Source of the DNA: an uncultured Clostridia bacterium
GTDB taxonomy: Bacteria; Bacillota; Clostridia; Christensenellales; UBA1242
DNA length: 64,000 nucleotides
Reading direction: 5' to 3'
Assembly: GCA_944341445.1 (NCBI GenBank)
Contig: CALVLZ010000003.1
Coordinates: 4,963-68,962 of the forward strand
The notes beneath the pieces are model-generated. The model ran no database searches, was not told where the DNA came from, and was given only the letters and a program-made list of their open reading frames with translations. The position numbers and the translations under genes were made by a program. How positions within the stretch are numbered: the first letter of the stretch is position 1; each line of letters starts with the position of its first letter. Of this stretch, positions 39,461 through 49,265 are shown piece after piece.

Positions 39461-39529
39461 TAAAAAAATTAAAATAGTTAATTACATTAATTTAACACTT
39501 TAAATTTTAACATAATTAACTATTTTAAT
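39461..39529 (-). terminator. Long AT-rich hairpin (17-bp perfect inverted repeat) plus T-run downstream of the transporter gene
   Basis: attaaaatagttaatta (39468-39484) pairs with taattaactattttaat (39513-39529) across a 28-nt loop. T7 follows on the minus strand. Confidence 0.4.
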
Positions 39530-39552
39530 CAAGCAAGTTAAATTTTTGTTGT

Positions 39553-40755
39553 TTAATTTTTATCTCTTTCTAAATATTTAACTAATGAACTTCTTGTTTT
39601 TTCTTCTGTTATTGGAACTAAAATTCCTCCAAAAACACTGAGTATTCCCGAAACCAAAGCAAATGGGAAAAATCCTATTAAAATACATAGCCCAAACCCC
39701 AAACTTGTAACGCTTGTAAGCGTGTTAACCTGCAAGAATTGTGTATCACTTGAAATACCTAATATTCTAGTTTTTATAACCATTCTATTGTTTATAAATA
39801 ATAGTGGAAAAGCATAAAGTACTGCAAATATTTCAAATAAAACGTAACTTAATATGCTTCCTGCAAAATAAATTACTATTGGATAAATAATCCCACACAA
39901 CACTGTTATTATTGAAGTTGCAATTGTTAAATCACATTTTTCATCTAATTTTGTAACTAATACAACTGCAATAGCATAAAAAGTGTCAAACAAACTTATT
40001 GCAATTCCTGAATAAATAAAATTTGAAGTTTTTGTGTATAAAACAAGGTTGAAAACTGTGTATAAAGAGTTTAGCAAATAGATAAAAACATATTGAAAAA
40101 TATACGCATATTTTATTTTATTTTCCATCTGTTTGCCAAAATTTTTTTCTTTAGACTTCATTACTTCAACATGAGCATTTGTTGTGTTTTCAACATTGAA
40201 ATTTTTTTGTTTTCTGAATTTTAAATAAAAAATAAATAATGGCAAACAACTCAAAACATATAAAATCATGCTTAAAGAAATTACTAAGTTGTGGTCTAAT
40301 TTTTCTAGTAAAACACCGCCAACTATTCCAGCTGCGATATACCCAATTTGTTCAAAAAATCTGGAAAACGCAAACTTATTTGTATTTTTTTCATTTAAAG
40401 TTGCAAAATTTAAAACTATTTCGCTAGGCAAAGTTTTAAAAGTGTATTGCAAACCTTGAAATAATATTAAAAAAACAATTGAAACAGTCGGAAAACTTGC
40501 AACCATCATTAAGCAAAATTCAAACAATAACAAAGGAATTATTCTTAATAATAAAAATAATTGCGGTTTTTTTACTAAATATTTTCTTAAAATGCAGTTA
40601 AAAATAACTTCACAGGCATTTTCACCAACTATACACAAAATTCCAAGTGCCATATTCCCTGTGCTTGAAAACACAATTAAAGGCACAAACGCACCAATAA
40701 AGTTTGTGGCAAAGTTTGATAAAACCTTATAAAACATTAATAAATTATATTGCAT
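39553..40755 (-). CDS. MFS-like polytopic transporter (400 aa), paralogue of 61319-62641
   Basis: About 10-12 hydrophobic segments. N-terminus MQYNLLMFYKVLSNFATNFIGAFVPLIVF aligns with MQLKLLNTHKFLANLSYEMIGSFVPLIVY of the other copy. Both share the ...KTRILGIS... and ...PI(T/N)EE(K/R)TR... motifs. Confidence 0.5.
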   Translation of the reverse strand: MQYNLLMFYKVLSNFATNFIGAFVPLIVFSSTGNMALGILCIVGENACEVIFNCILRKYLVKKPQLFLLLRIIPLLLFEFCLMMVASFPTVSIVFLILFQGLQYTFKTLPSEIVLNFATLNEKNTNKFAFSRFFEQIGYIAAGIVGGVLLEKLDHNLVISLSMILYVLSCLPLFIFYLKFRKQKNFNVENTTNAHVEVMKSKEKNFGKQMENKIKYAYIFQYVFIYLLNSLYTVFNLVLYTKTSNFIYSGIAISLFDTFYAIAVVLVTKLDEKCDLTIATSIITVLCGIIYPIVIYFAGSILSYVLFEIFAVLYAFPLLFINNRMVIKTRILGISSDTQFLQVNTLTSVTSLGFGLCILIGFFPFALVSGILSVFGGILVPITEEKTRSSLVKYLERDKN

Positions 40756-40768
40756 ACAAAACTCTTAT

Positions 40769-41515
40769 CTAATTTTTTTCCTTAATAGTTTGTTCATTTT
40801 TTTTAATTTCAATTTCCTTTAAAAGAGGATTTCTTGAAAATTCACTTTTCATATAACCAATTAACAAATCCTTTTTTGTTAATAAATGCAATGAATAATG
40901 AATAACAAAAATAATTGCCCCACCAAAATTACAACACAAATCTAGCATTGTATCTAAAACGCTAACAACTCCGTTAGCATCTGGAATTCCTTGAGCGGTC
41001 TGCCCCAAAAATTGGTCACTTGCAAACTCCATAATTTCCCAAATTGCTCCACATGCCATAGAAACAGCAAAGCAAACAAAAATAATTGTTAATGGTTTTA
41101 AATTATTGCAATTTTCCAATTTGCAAACTGCAATCAAACCCGCAACGCAACCAACATAACCAAACGCAAAATGCACAATTTTGTCTAGTGCATAAATCTC
41201 ATTATATGCATTTAGCGAAGCACCCCAAACAGCAGCTATTGCAACATACAACAAATAAATTAAAAATATAATATTTGAAATTTTTGTTTTAAAAATAATT
41301 TCAATTAGTATTGGAATAACTAAAAACAAAATTGTTCCAACGCAAGCCATCACTCTGTTTTTAGGGTCGTTAACACAAAAATAATAAATTAACAAGCCGA
41401 TTGTAAACAAAAGTAAAATCAAATTTAGTGTTAAATTAAAAATTCTAAACGCTTTTTCTTTATTAGTTAATTCGCTATATTTTTTAGGTATTTTTTTTAT
41501 TTTTGTTTGTTCCAT
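40769..41515 (-). CDS. Hypothetical integral membrane protein (248 aa)
   Basis: About 6 TM segments; family not recognised. Located 13 nt upstream of the transporter gene on the same strand. Confidence 0.5.
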   Translation of the reverse strand: MEQTKIKKIPKKYSELTNKEKAFRIFNLTLNLILLLFTIGLLIYYFCVNDPKNRVMACVGTILFLVIPILIEIIFKTKISNIIFLIYLLYVAIAAVWGASLNAYNEIYALDKIVHFAFGYVGCVAGLIAVCKLENCNNLKPLTIIFVCFAVSMACGAIWEIMEFASDQFLGQTAQGIPDANGVVSVLDTMLDLCCNFGGAIIFVIHYSLHLLTKKDLLIGYMKSEFSRNPLLKEIEIKKNEQTIKEKN

Positions 41516-41622
41516 TCCATTCTCCCAATTTTTTATATTATATCACACTGCAACAAAATTTCTAAAGCAATTTTATTAACTAATAATATGAATTAAATAT
41601 AAAACTTGCAACCGTATTATTC

Positions 41623-41651
41623 TTGACAATTTAATAAAAAAGTACTAATAT
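41623..41651 (+). promoter_or_regulatory. Candidate sigma-A promoter of leuS
   Basis: TTGACA (41623-41628), 17 nt, TAATAT (41646-41651), ~35 nt before the ATG. Confidence 0.5.
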
Positions 41652-41686
41652 AATTCGTAATATTATCTAACAATAAGGCGGTTTTT

Positions 41687-44074
41687 ATGAACTTTAGAGA
41701 CATAGAACAAAAATGGCAAAAATATTGGGATGAACACAAAACTTTTAAAACAGATGTTTGGGATTTTTCAAAACCAAAATATTATATTTTGGATATGTTC
41801 CCATACCCTTCTGGCGAAGGCTTGCACGTTGGGCATCCAGAAGGATACACTGCAACAGATATAATTGCAAGAATGAAAAGAATGCAAGGATACAATGTTT
41901 TGCATCCAATGGGCTTTGATAGTTTTGGACTTCCTGCAGAACAATATGCAATTAAAACAGGCAATCATCCTGGAGAATTCACACAAAGAAATATTAACAA
42001 TTTTATAAAACAATTAAAAATGTTGGGATTTTCTTTTGATTGGGACAGACAAGTTTCAACTTGTGACCCAAGTTACTATAAATGGACTCAATGGTGGTTT
42101 GAAGAACTATATAAAGATGGCCTTGCAAAATACATAGACACTCCTGTTGATTGGTGTGAAGAATTGGGAACAGTTCTTGCTAAAGATGAAATTGTTGATG
42201 GTAAAAGTGAACGTGGCGGATTCCCTGTTGTTAAAAAGAATATGAAACAATGGATTATTGAAACTCCAAAATATGCTGAAAGATTACTTGAAGGATTGGA
42301 CGAAATAGATTGGCCACAAAGCACAAAAGAAATGCAAAGAAATTGGATTGGAAAAAGCACAGGAGCAACAATAAATTTCAAAATTGCAAACACTGATTTA
42401 TCTTTTACAGTTTTCACAACAAGATGTGACACTTTGTTTGGATTATCATATTGTGTTTTAGCACCAGAAAACGAACTTGTTAAAAAGATTACTACAAAAG
42501 AAAATAAAAAAATAGTTGAAGATTATATTAATGAGTGTGCAAAAAAATCTGATTTAGAAAGAACTCAATTAAACAAATCTAAAACAGGCGTATTCACAGG
42601 AGCATACGCAATTAACCCTGTTAACAACAAACAAGTTCCAATTTATATTGCAGATTATGTTTTAGCAAGTTACGCAACAGGTGCTGTTATGGCTGTCCCT
42701 GCTCACGATGAAAGAGATTTTGAATTTGCTAAAAAGTTTAATTTACCAATCACTCCAATAATTGAAGGTGCAAATGAAAATGAACCATTTGTTGGAGATG
42801 GCAAACACATTAATTCAGATTTTATTAATGGTTTAAACAATAAAGATGCAATTAGCAAAATGATTGATTGGTTAGAAGAACATAAATGTGGTGCTAAAGC
42901 TGTTAACTATAGATTAAGAGATTGGACATTTTCTCGCCAACGTTATTGGGGCGAACCATTCCCTGTTATCCACCACGAAAATGGTGAAATTGAGTTGGTT
43001 GATTTAAAAGATTTGCCGGTTGTTCTTCCTGAACTTAAAGATTACAAATCTAAAAATGGAAAACCACCTTTAGAAAATGCTGAAGATTGGGTTAATGTTA
43101 CAACAAAATTAGGTAAAGGAAAAAGAGAAACAAACACAATGCCTGGTTCTGCTGGAAGCAGTTGGTATTTCTTAAGATATATTGACCCACATAATGACAA
43201 TGAAATGGCAAACAAAGAATTAATAAAACATTGGATGCCTGTTGACTTATATTTAGGTGGCTCTGAACACGCAGTTGGACACTTGTTGTATTCAAGATTT
43301 TTAAATAATTATTTTTACGATAAAGGATATGTTTCTTGCAAAGAACCATTTAAAAAATTGTGTCATCAAGGTATGATTTTAGGTGAAAATAACGAAAAAA
43401 TGAGCAAAAGCCGTGGCAACGTTATTAATCCAGATGATATTGTTAAAGAATTTGGTGCAGATGCATTAAGAATGTATGAAATGTTTATGGGTGCTCTTCA
43501 AGATGCAAAACCTTGGAACACAAAAAATATGGAAGGCATTAAAAGATTTATAGATAGAGTTTGGCGTTTATACACAGAAAGTGGAAAAATAAAAAATGCT
43601 GAAAATAAAAATCTTGAAAAAATCTTTCATCAAACAGTTAAAAAAGTTACAGAGGACTATGAAAATTTGGCATTTAACACAGCAATTAGCCAAATGATGG
43701 TATTTGTTAATGCTGTTATGAAAGAAGACATATTCCCTGAATTTTACGCAAAAGAATTTATTAAATTACTAAACCCAATAACTCCATTTATAACTGAAGA
43801 AATTTGGCAAACAGTGTTTAATAATAATGAATCAATTGCATATGAACCTTGGCCAACTTATGATGAAAGTAAAACAATTTCAAACACTGTTGAAATTGCA
43901 GTTCAAATTAACAATAAAATTATAACTAGAATTAACATTAATGCAGATTTAACTGAAGATGAAATTAAAGAAATTGCAGTTTCACAAGAAAAAGTTAAGA
44001 ATGCGTTAACTAACAAACAAATCGTTAAAACAATTGTTATTCCTAGCAGATTAATAAATATAATTGCAAAGTAG
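41687..44074 (+). CDS. leuS: Leucyl-tRNA synthetase
   Basis: [16 protein letters not shown] (HIGH), the CP1 editing domain, and KMSKSRGN. Confidence 0.97.
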   Translation: MNFRDIEQKWQKYWDEHKTFKTDVWDFSKPKYYILDMFPYPSGEGLHVGHPEGYTATDIIARMKRMQGYNVLHPMGFDSFGLPAEQYAIKTGNHPGEFTQRNINNFIKQLKMLGFSFDWDRQVSTCDPSYYKWTQWWFEELYKDGLAKYIDTPVDWCEELGTVLAKDEIVDGKSERGGFPVVKKNMKQWIIETPKYAERLLEGLDEIDWPQSTKEMQRNWIGKSTGATINFKIANTDLSFTVFTTRCDTLFGLSYCVLAPENELVKKITTKENKKIVEDYINECAKKSDLERTQLNKSKTGVFTGAYAINPVNNKQVPIYIADYVLASYATGAVMAVPAHDERDFEFAKKFNLPITPIIEGANENEPFVGDGKHINSDFINGLNNKDAISKMIDWLEEHKCGAKAVNYRLRDWTFSRQRYWGEPFPVIHHENGEIELVDLKDLPVVLPELKDYKSKNGKPPLENAEDWVNVTTKLGKGKRETNTMPGSAGSSWYFLRYIDPHNDNEMANKELIKHWMPVDLYLGGSEHAVGHLLYSRFLNNYFYDKGYVSCKEPFKKLCHQGMILGENNEKMSKSRGNVINPDDIVKEFGADALRMYEMFMGALQDAKPWNTKNMEGIKRFIDRVWRLYTESGKIKNAENKNLEKIFHQTVKKVTEDYENLAFNTAISQMMVFVNAVMKEDIFPEFYAKEFIKLLNPITPFITEEIWQTVFNNNESIAYEPWPTYDESKTISNTVEIAVQINNKIITRININADLTEDEIKEIAVSQEKVKNALTNKQIVKTIVIPSRLINIIAK

Positions 44075-44095
44075 CAGAAATCTGCTACTTTTTTA
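44071..44095 (+). terminator. Rho-independent terminator after leuS
   Basis: Stem gtagcag/ctgctac with loop aaat, then T6. The stop codon lies in the stem. Confidence 0.7.
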
Positions 44096-44192
44096 TTTTT
44101 AAAAGTTAAAATTTTTCAAGTTTTGCTATTGAAAGTAGTATAAAAGTTTGTTAAAATAGTAATGTTAAAATTATATAGGAAAAGGTAGAAAC

Positions 44193-47153
44193 ATGGAATT
44201 TTTTTACAAAGACACAAACTTAACTAAAAAACAAGAAGAATTAATTGAAAAAAACGCTTTGGCTCGTAAACTATTTAATCAAAATAACAAAGTTTACACT
44301 GAAGAAGAAATTCAAAAAATTGAAAGAGGTCTTAATTTTATAAAAGAATTTTGCAAGAGTGATGAAAAAATTGCAAGTTTGGATATTTATAAATTAATAG
44401 ACTTTTATGATGTTAGATTAGTTATTGAATTAGATAACTTTTTAAATGAATTTGTTAAAAACTTACGCTTATCAAATGAAAATAAAAATCTTATAATCGA
44501 AAAAGTTTTAAATGAAAGTTTAGTTGTTAATAAACAAATTATTAACGAAAGTAAAAGATTCTTTGAAATTGTTAGAGCTATAACTTCAACAAAAGAACAA
44601 TTAAATAAGTTTTATTCAAATAAAGAAATTAACGACTTGTCACAACAAGAATTAACCGATATAACATTTTTTAATTTTGTAAACAATCTAAAAAATTATT
44701 GGGACTCTTACAATCACAAAAATTTATCTGGGGTTTTGGATTATTTACATAACGAAGTTGATTTAAGTTATGTTGAAATTGTAAAACTTTCACAAAAATG
44801 CTCAACAATTTTTATTAATTCAAACAAAGAAAAAATAGACAAAGTTTCAAAAATTATAGAAAACTTTAAATCTATTATTGTTGATAAAATTAATGCGGAA
44901 GAATTAACAGAAGATTCAAAAGCACTATTAGATAAAATTAATAATTACAAATTTAAAAACATAATAACAAGATGTGCATCAATTGGAAATGCAACACCAG
45001 CAACTTTAAACGCAATTGTTGAAATGTTTAACGGAAAAACAATTGAAACATTATTACAAGAAAGAACAATTAAATTTAACGATTCTAAAATTATAAATTT
45101 GGCAGAAAAATATAAAGATTTTAAACTTGAACCAACAATTGAAAATATGGAATTTTTGTTGTTTGATAAAATTTCTGCTTTAACAATTACTCCAAAAGCA
45201 TGTTTGAATGTTTTAGATTCATTAAATAACGGATTAAAACTTCAAAACCCAAAACACCAAACAGACTTAAAATTAGTGAATGCTAAAAATATTGCAGATT
45301 TATCTAGTGTTCCATATGAAAAATTGGAAGCAAGAATAAAATCTGTTATGTCAATTCTATCAAACATCATGCACTATGAAGATATCTCAAATTATTTAAA
45401 ACAAGATTTATCAATTTTTACAGTTGACTCATCAGTTATTAAATCAAAGTTATTAGACTGCTTTTATAACGCAAAAAACGAACAAGATGTTAACAAAAAC
45501 ATTGAAACACTTTTAAAGAAAGGTTTCTACCCCGAACAACACTATGATGGAGATATAAATAAATTAATTCTTCCACCAATACCAATGAAAAAGCAATCAG
45601 ATATCACAAAAAATACTAGCATTAAAATTTCTATACCAAACATGGATAGTTTTATAGAAATGTTAGATAATTTTAGTATTAACACAAACAATATTGTAAC
45701 AGAAAAAGACAAAGAAGAAACAAGTAAAGAAGTTACAAATGATAATGGACAAAACTTACAAGCAGATATTGATAAAATTGAAAAGGAAATTGAATTCTAC
45801 AAAGAATTTATGGCTGCAGACGATTTAAATAATAAATTTGCAATTTTATTAAATACATATGCAGAAGTAAAAGAAAAATATTCTCGTTTAATTAATGATT
45901 TAAGTGAATTTGAAGTTCCTGAAAATTTTATGTCATCCACAGGTTTCCAAGTTAATGAATTTATTCAAAACTTTACAGAAATTTTTAAACCGGATTATTT
46001 AGATTTAAAAAGATCTCATAATCAATTAACAATGGCAACCCAACAGATTTTACAAATTTTTGAAGAAAATAACGACCCAAGGCGCTTTAATATTTATCAA
46101 CTTAAAGAACAATTATCTAAAGATGAACAATCATTAAATATAGCTAAAACAACCATCGCAAAGAAAATAACAAAAAGCTTTATTGAAACAAGAAAAATTA
46201 ACGAAGAGTTTTTCAAAAAATATCCAAATTCCTGCAATATTATTAAAAACGAAGCCCTTGAACAATTGCATAAAAGCATTAAGGCTATGGAAGATAAGAA
46301 AGAGTTAAATTGCAAAAAAATTGAAAGTTTAAATAAAAAATTGGAAGAAATCAATGCAGAAAGAGAAAACGATAAAGTACTAAATACATTATCAGAAAAA
46401 TTAGTTGAAGCACAAAAAGCAATTTTTGAAACAATAGCGAGAGCTCTTTTAAAAATTTGCAGCCAATCTATTTTTGTTGAAAACGATTTTATTTCTAATT
46501 TACTTTTTGATAATCACTTAGCACAGAAATTTGATATTGAAACCGAAGAAAATTTAAAACCCGAAGATACTTTGAAAGTCTTAAAGTGCAAACAAAATTT
46601 ATTAAAAAAATCTCCAAATTTATTAGATAAAAGTTTAATAGGTATAAAATGCCATTATGACCCAGACCCATATATTAGAATAGATCATCTGTTTGATTTG
46701 ATTGATCAAAACAAAGAAGATGTTGCAGAACAAGAAATAGATAATTTATTAAAAATAATAAATCCTAATTTTAATAAAGCTGGTTTGTCAAGTGAATTTT
46801 TAAAAGCATGCGATTCATTTTCACAAGATATTAAAAATATAAAACAAGATCAAAGTGTTTTAATTACCGCAATCAAAGTTTATTTAAAAAATATTGAAAG
46901 TTACACTAAAAAAGAAGATGTTATTAAAGAACAAATTAGACTTTTAGAAAATGAAAATAAAAGATTAACAGATAATATTTCTTCTCAAAACAACATGTTA
47001 AAAAATATTAAAACTACTGAAGAATATGAAATGGATAGGATTAATTACATTAACACAAATCAAAATTTAAACACTATTTATGATACTATTCCAGAAATGT
47101 TTATTGAAAAGCACAAAATGAGTCCAAACTACAATATACCTAAAAAAAGATAA
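44193..47153 (+). CDS. Large hypothetical protein (986 aa), helical/coiled-coil-rich, K/N/E-rich
   Basis: Uninterrupted ORF with no signal peptide, TM segment or catalytic motif recognised. Confidence 0.6.
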   Translation: MEFFYKDTNLTKKQEELIEKNALARKLFNQNNKVYTEEEIQKIERGLNFIKEFCKSDEKIASLDIYKLIDFYDVRLVIELDNFLNEFVKNLRLSNENKNLIIEKVLNESLVVNKQIINESKRFFEIVRAITSTKEQLNKFYSNKEINDLSQQELTDITFFNFVNNLKNYWDSYNHKNLSGVLDYLHNEVDLSYVEIVKLSQKCSTIFINSNKEKIDKVSKIIENFKSIIVDKINAEELTEDSKALLDKINNYKFKNIITRCASIGNATPATLNAIVEMFNGKTIETLLQERTIKFNDSKIINLAEKYKDFKLEPTIENMEFLLFDKISALTITPKACLNVLDSLNNGLKLQNPKHQTDLKLVNAKNIADLSSVPYEKLEARIKSVMSILSNIMHYEDISNYLKQDLSIFTVDSSVIKSKLLDCFYNAKNEQDVNKNIETLLKKGFYPEQHYDGDINKLILPPIPMKKQSDITKNTSIKISIPNMDSFIEMLDNFSINTNNIVTEKDKEETSKEVTNDNGQNLQADIDKIEKEIEFYKEFMAADDLNNKFAILLNTYAEVKEKYSRLINDLSEFEVPENFMSSTGFQVNEFIQNFTEIFKPDYLDLKRSHNQLTMATQQILQIFEENNDPRRFNIYQLKEQLSKDEQSLNIAKTTIAKKITKSFIETRKINEEFFKKYPNSCNIIKNEALEQLHKSIKAMEDKKELNCKKIESLNKKLEEINAERENDKVLNTLSEKLVEAQKAIFETIARALLKICSQSIFVENDFISNLLFDNHLAQKFDIETEENLKPEDTLKVLKCKQNLLKKSPNLLDKSLIGIKCHYDPDPYIRIDHLFDLIDQNKEDVAEQEIDNLLKIINPNFNKAGLSSEFLKACDSFSQDIKNIKQDQSVLITAIKVYLKNIESYTKKEDVIKEQIRLLENENKRLTDNISSQNNMLKNIKTTEEYEMDRINYINTNQNLNTIYDTIPEMFIEKHKMSPNYNIPKKR

Positions 47154-47170
47154 CGATTAAATCGTTATCT
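47148..47170. terminator. Bidirectional hairpin shared by the convergent genes
   Basis: 10-bp perfect stem agataacgat/atcgttatct, loop taa. The stop codon of the + gene is in the stem; A- and T-runs flank it. Confidence 0.6.
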
Positions 47171-47172
47171 TT

Positions 47173-49125
47173 TTATTTTGCTTCTTTAACTATTCCATAG
47201 AATGTAACATTACCATCCACTCTAACCAAACATTTCGCGTTTGTTGTATCCCCTTTTGGTGGGTAAACAACAGGAATATAATTTCCGCTTGAATCTTTTT
47301 CACTTTTTGTTATTTTTGTGCCATTGATTTCACCACTTGTTGTTCCTGTTGAAATTATACTAAACACAATTGAATTACCAAATCCATTTGCACTTGTTGG
47401 ACAATATACATTGGATGTTCCATTTTTAGAATTTATATAATGTTCAACTTCAACATCAGCCATATCTAAAAATTTAACTGTTATTGTGCCACTACCATTG
47501 CTAACTATATTTGATTTAGTAACCAAATTTGTTGCTGTTATTGAGCCTTTTTCGTTGGTTATTGAAACTAATGTCTCATTAATAACATTAACATCATAAC
47601 CTTGCAATAAATCTGATTCGTTAAACTCTACTTCAATTTTACCATTTTTATTGGAGAACATTGCTTTTCCATAAAAACCGCCATCATTTTTTCCGTTAGT
47701 TGTATGACCTGATTTTACGCATATGATATCACCATAAGTTGATGACGCCATAATTGTGCCTTTTGCTTTACCCAAAACAATATTTCCATGAGTTGATGTT
47801 AATTTTGTTTTACCAAGAATTTCACCAACATTAATGTTACCATAAGTTGTTTCAATGAATGCGTCACTATTAATTGTTCCACAATTTATATCTGTGTTTT
47901 GTGTTACTATTTCTGCTGTTTTTTCGCCACAAGAAATACTATTAACTTTAAATATTCCATTGTCTGAGTTAAACACAAACTTAGTATCACAAGTATCTAT
48001 ATTATTTGCGCTAATTTTTATATTATTGCCATATAGGTTTATAGGGGCTTTAATATCGTAAAAATAGAAGTCACCCTTATTTGCATTAATTTCAATAGTT
48101 TTGCTTGTGTCAGATAGTGTTAAAACATGTTCTTTTGCAGATTTACCATAATTGTAATAATTGTTAAAAATATAAAATTTACCATTTTCAGTAGTTAGCT
48201 TTAAACTATCCAAAACAACTTTATCATCATAATAATAACCACTTAAGTTATCTTCTGTTACATACATATCTCCTCTTTGAAAATGCTGTAAAGTAACATC
48301 CCCTGATGCTGTTGTTATATCTACATTTTTAATTTGCAAAATGTTTCTTGGAGCAGCCCTTCCAACAACTTCAGATTCTTTTCTAATAGTACCTTCTGTT
48401 GTAACACTTCCACTAGTAGTTTTAATGTTTAAATTGTAATAAACATTAGTTTTTTCATCTTGAGCATTATATGCATATTTTTTAAAGTTTTCAGTTGGCA
48501 AAACAATTTGAATTAAACTATCAGAATAAGAAAACAATTGTGATTCAAATTCAGGAACTTCAACGTTTATTGAAGTAATTAAATATTTATTAGAAAACCT
48601 AGTAGGGTCACCTTCTGGAGAATTTTTGCTAATATAAGTGTCTAAATCATCAAAATATTCTTTTCTATTTATGTCATATCCAGAAACAGTAACATAAACT
48701 TCTGGTTTTGGTGTAAATTTAACATCTGTTATTGGGTTAACTTGTTTTTTTACCATTCCAAAATAATTTGATTGAACAGCAACACGAATTATATTCATAG
48801 GTGCTATTGATGTATCATCATATGTTGTTATTTTAACAGGGTAACCACCAGCATTAACATTAATATTTAACACATTGCTGTTAGTAACACTCATATCACC
48901 TTCACCACTAAAAGTTGGTGTTCCTATATAAGAAATAATATTATCTTGGTAAGTTTTATTTAATGCAACATTTGTTAATGTTTTTGTGTTGTTTTTAATA
49001 ACGCACCAATCGAACAATGAAAAGCCCGGAAACAAAAACATTGCGCCGAACAATAATCCGCCCACTACGGCTAACACAACAATTAATATTATTGAATATG
49101 CAATTAACCCTTTAAAAACTTTCAT
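47173..49125 (-). CDS. Membrane-anchored beta-rich protein with DUF4097-like ('putative adhesin') repeats (650 aa)
   Basis: N-terminal TM segment. The C-terminal half has short recurrent strands (TTYGNINVGE, TSTHGNIVLGK, SSTYGDIICVK, NKNGKIEVEF). RBS agaggga. Confidence 0.5.
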   Translation of the reverse strand: MKVFKGLIAYSIILIVVLAVVGGLLFGAMFLFPGFSLFDWCVIKNNTKTLTNVALNKTYQDNIISYIGTPTFSGEGDMSVTNSNVLNINVNAGGYPVKITTYDDTSIAPMNIIRVAVQSNYFGMVKKQVNPITDVKFTPKPEVYVTVSGYDINRKEYFDDLDTYISKNSPEGDPTRFSNKYLITSINVEVPEFESQLFSYSDSLIQIVLPTENFKKYAYNAQDEKTNVYYNLNIKTTSGSVTTEGTIRKESEVVGRAAPRNILQIKNVDITTASGDVTLQHFQRGDMYVTEDNLSGYYYDDKVVLDSLKLTTENGKFYIFNNYYNYGKSAKEHVLTLSDTSKTIEINANKGDFYFYDIKAPINLYGNNIKISANNIDTCDTKFVFNSDNGIFKVNSISCGEKTAEIVTQNTDINCGTINSDAFIETTYGNINVGEILGKTKLTSTHGNIVLGKAKGTIMASSTYGDIICVKSGHTTNGKNDGGFYGKAMFSNKNGKIEVEFNESDLLQGYDVNVINETLVSITNEKGSITATNLVTKSNIVSNGSGTITVKFLDMADVEVEHYINSKNGTSNVYCPTSANGFGNSIVFSIISTGTTSGEINGTKITKSEKDSSGNYIPVVYPPKGDTTNAKCLVRVDGNVTFYGIVKEAK

Positions 49126-49218
49126 ACTTCCCTCTTAAAATTATTTTATAGCAAATTTTAACTGAGTTAAATTTGTACGTTTTGTTAACATAGTTATTTA
49201 TTTAATTATAAACTAAAT

Positions 49219-49251
49219 AAAAAAATAGGTCAATATTTTAATATTAACCTA
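49219..49251 (-). terminator. Terminator after alaS
   Basis: 12-bp stem with one mismatch (taggtcaatatt/aatattaaccta), followed on the minus strand by a T-run. Confidence 0.5.
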
Positions 49252-49265
49252 CTTTAAAAAAACAG

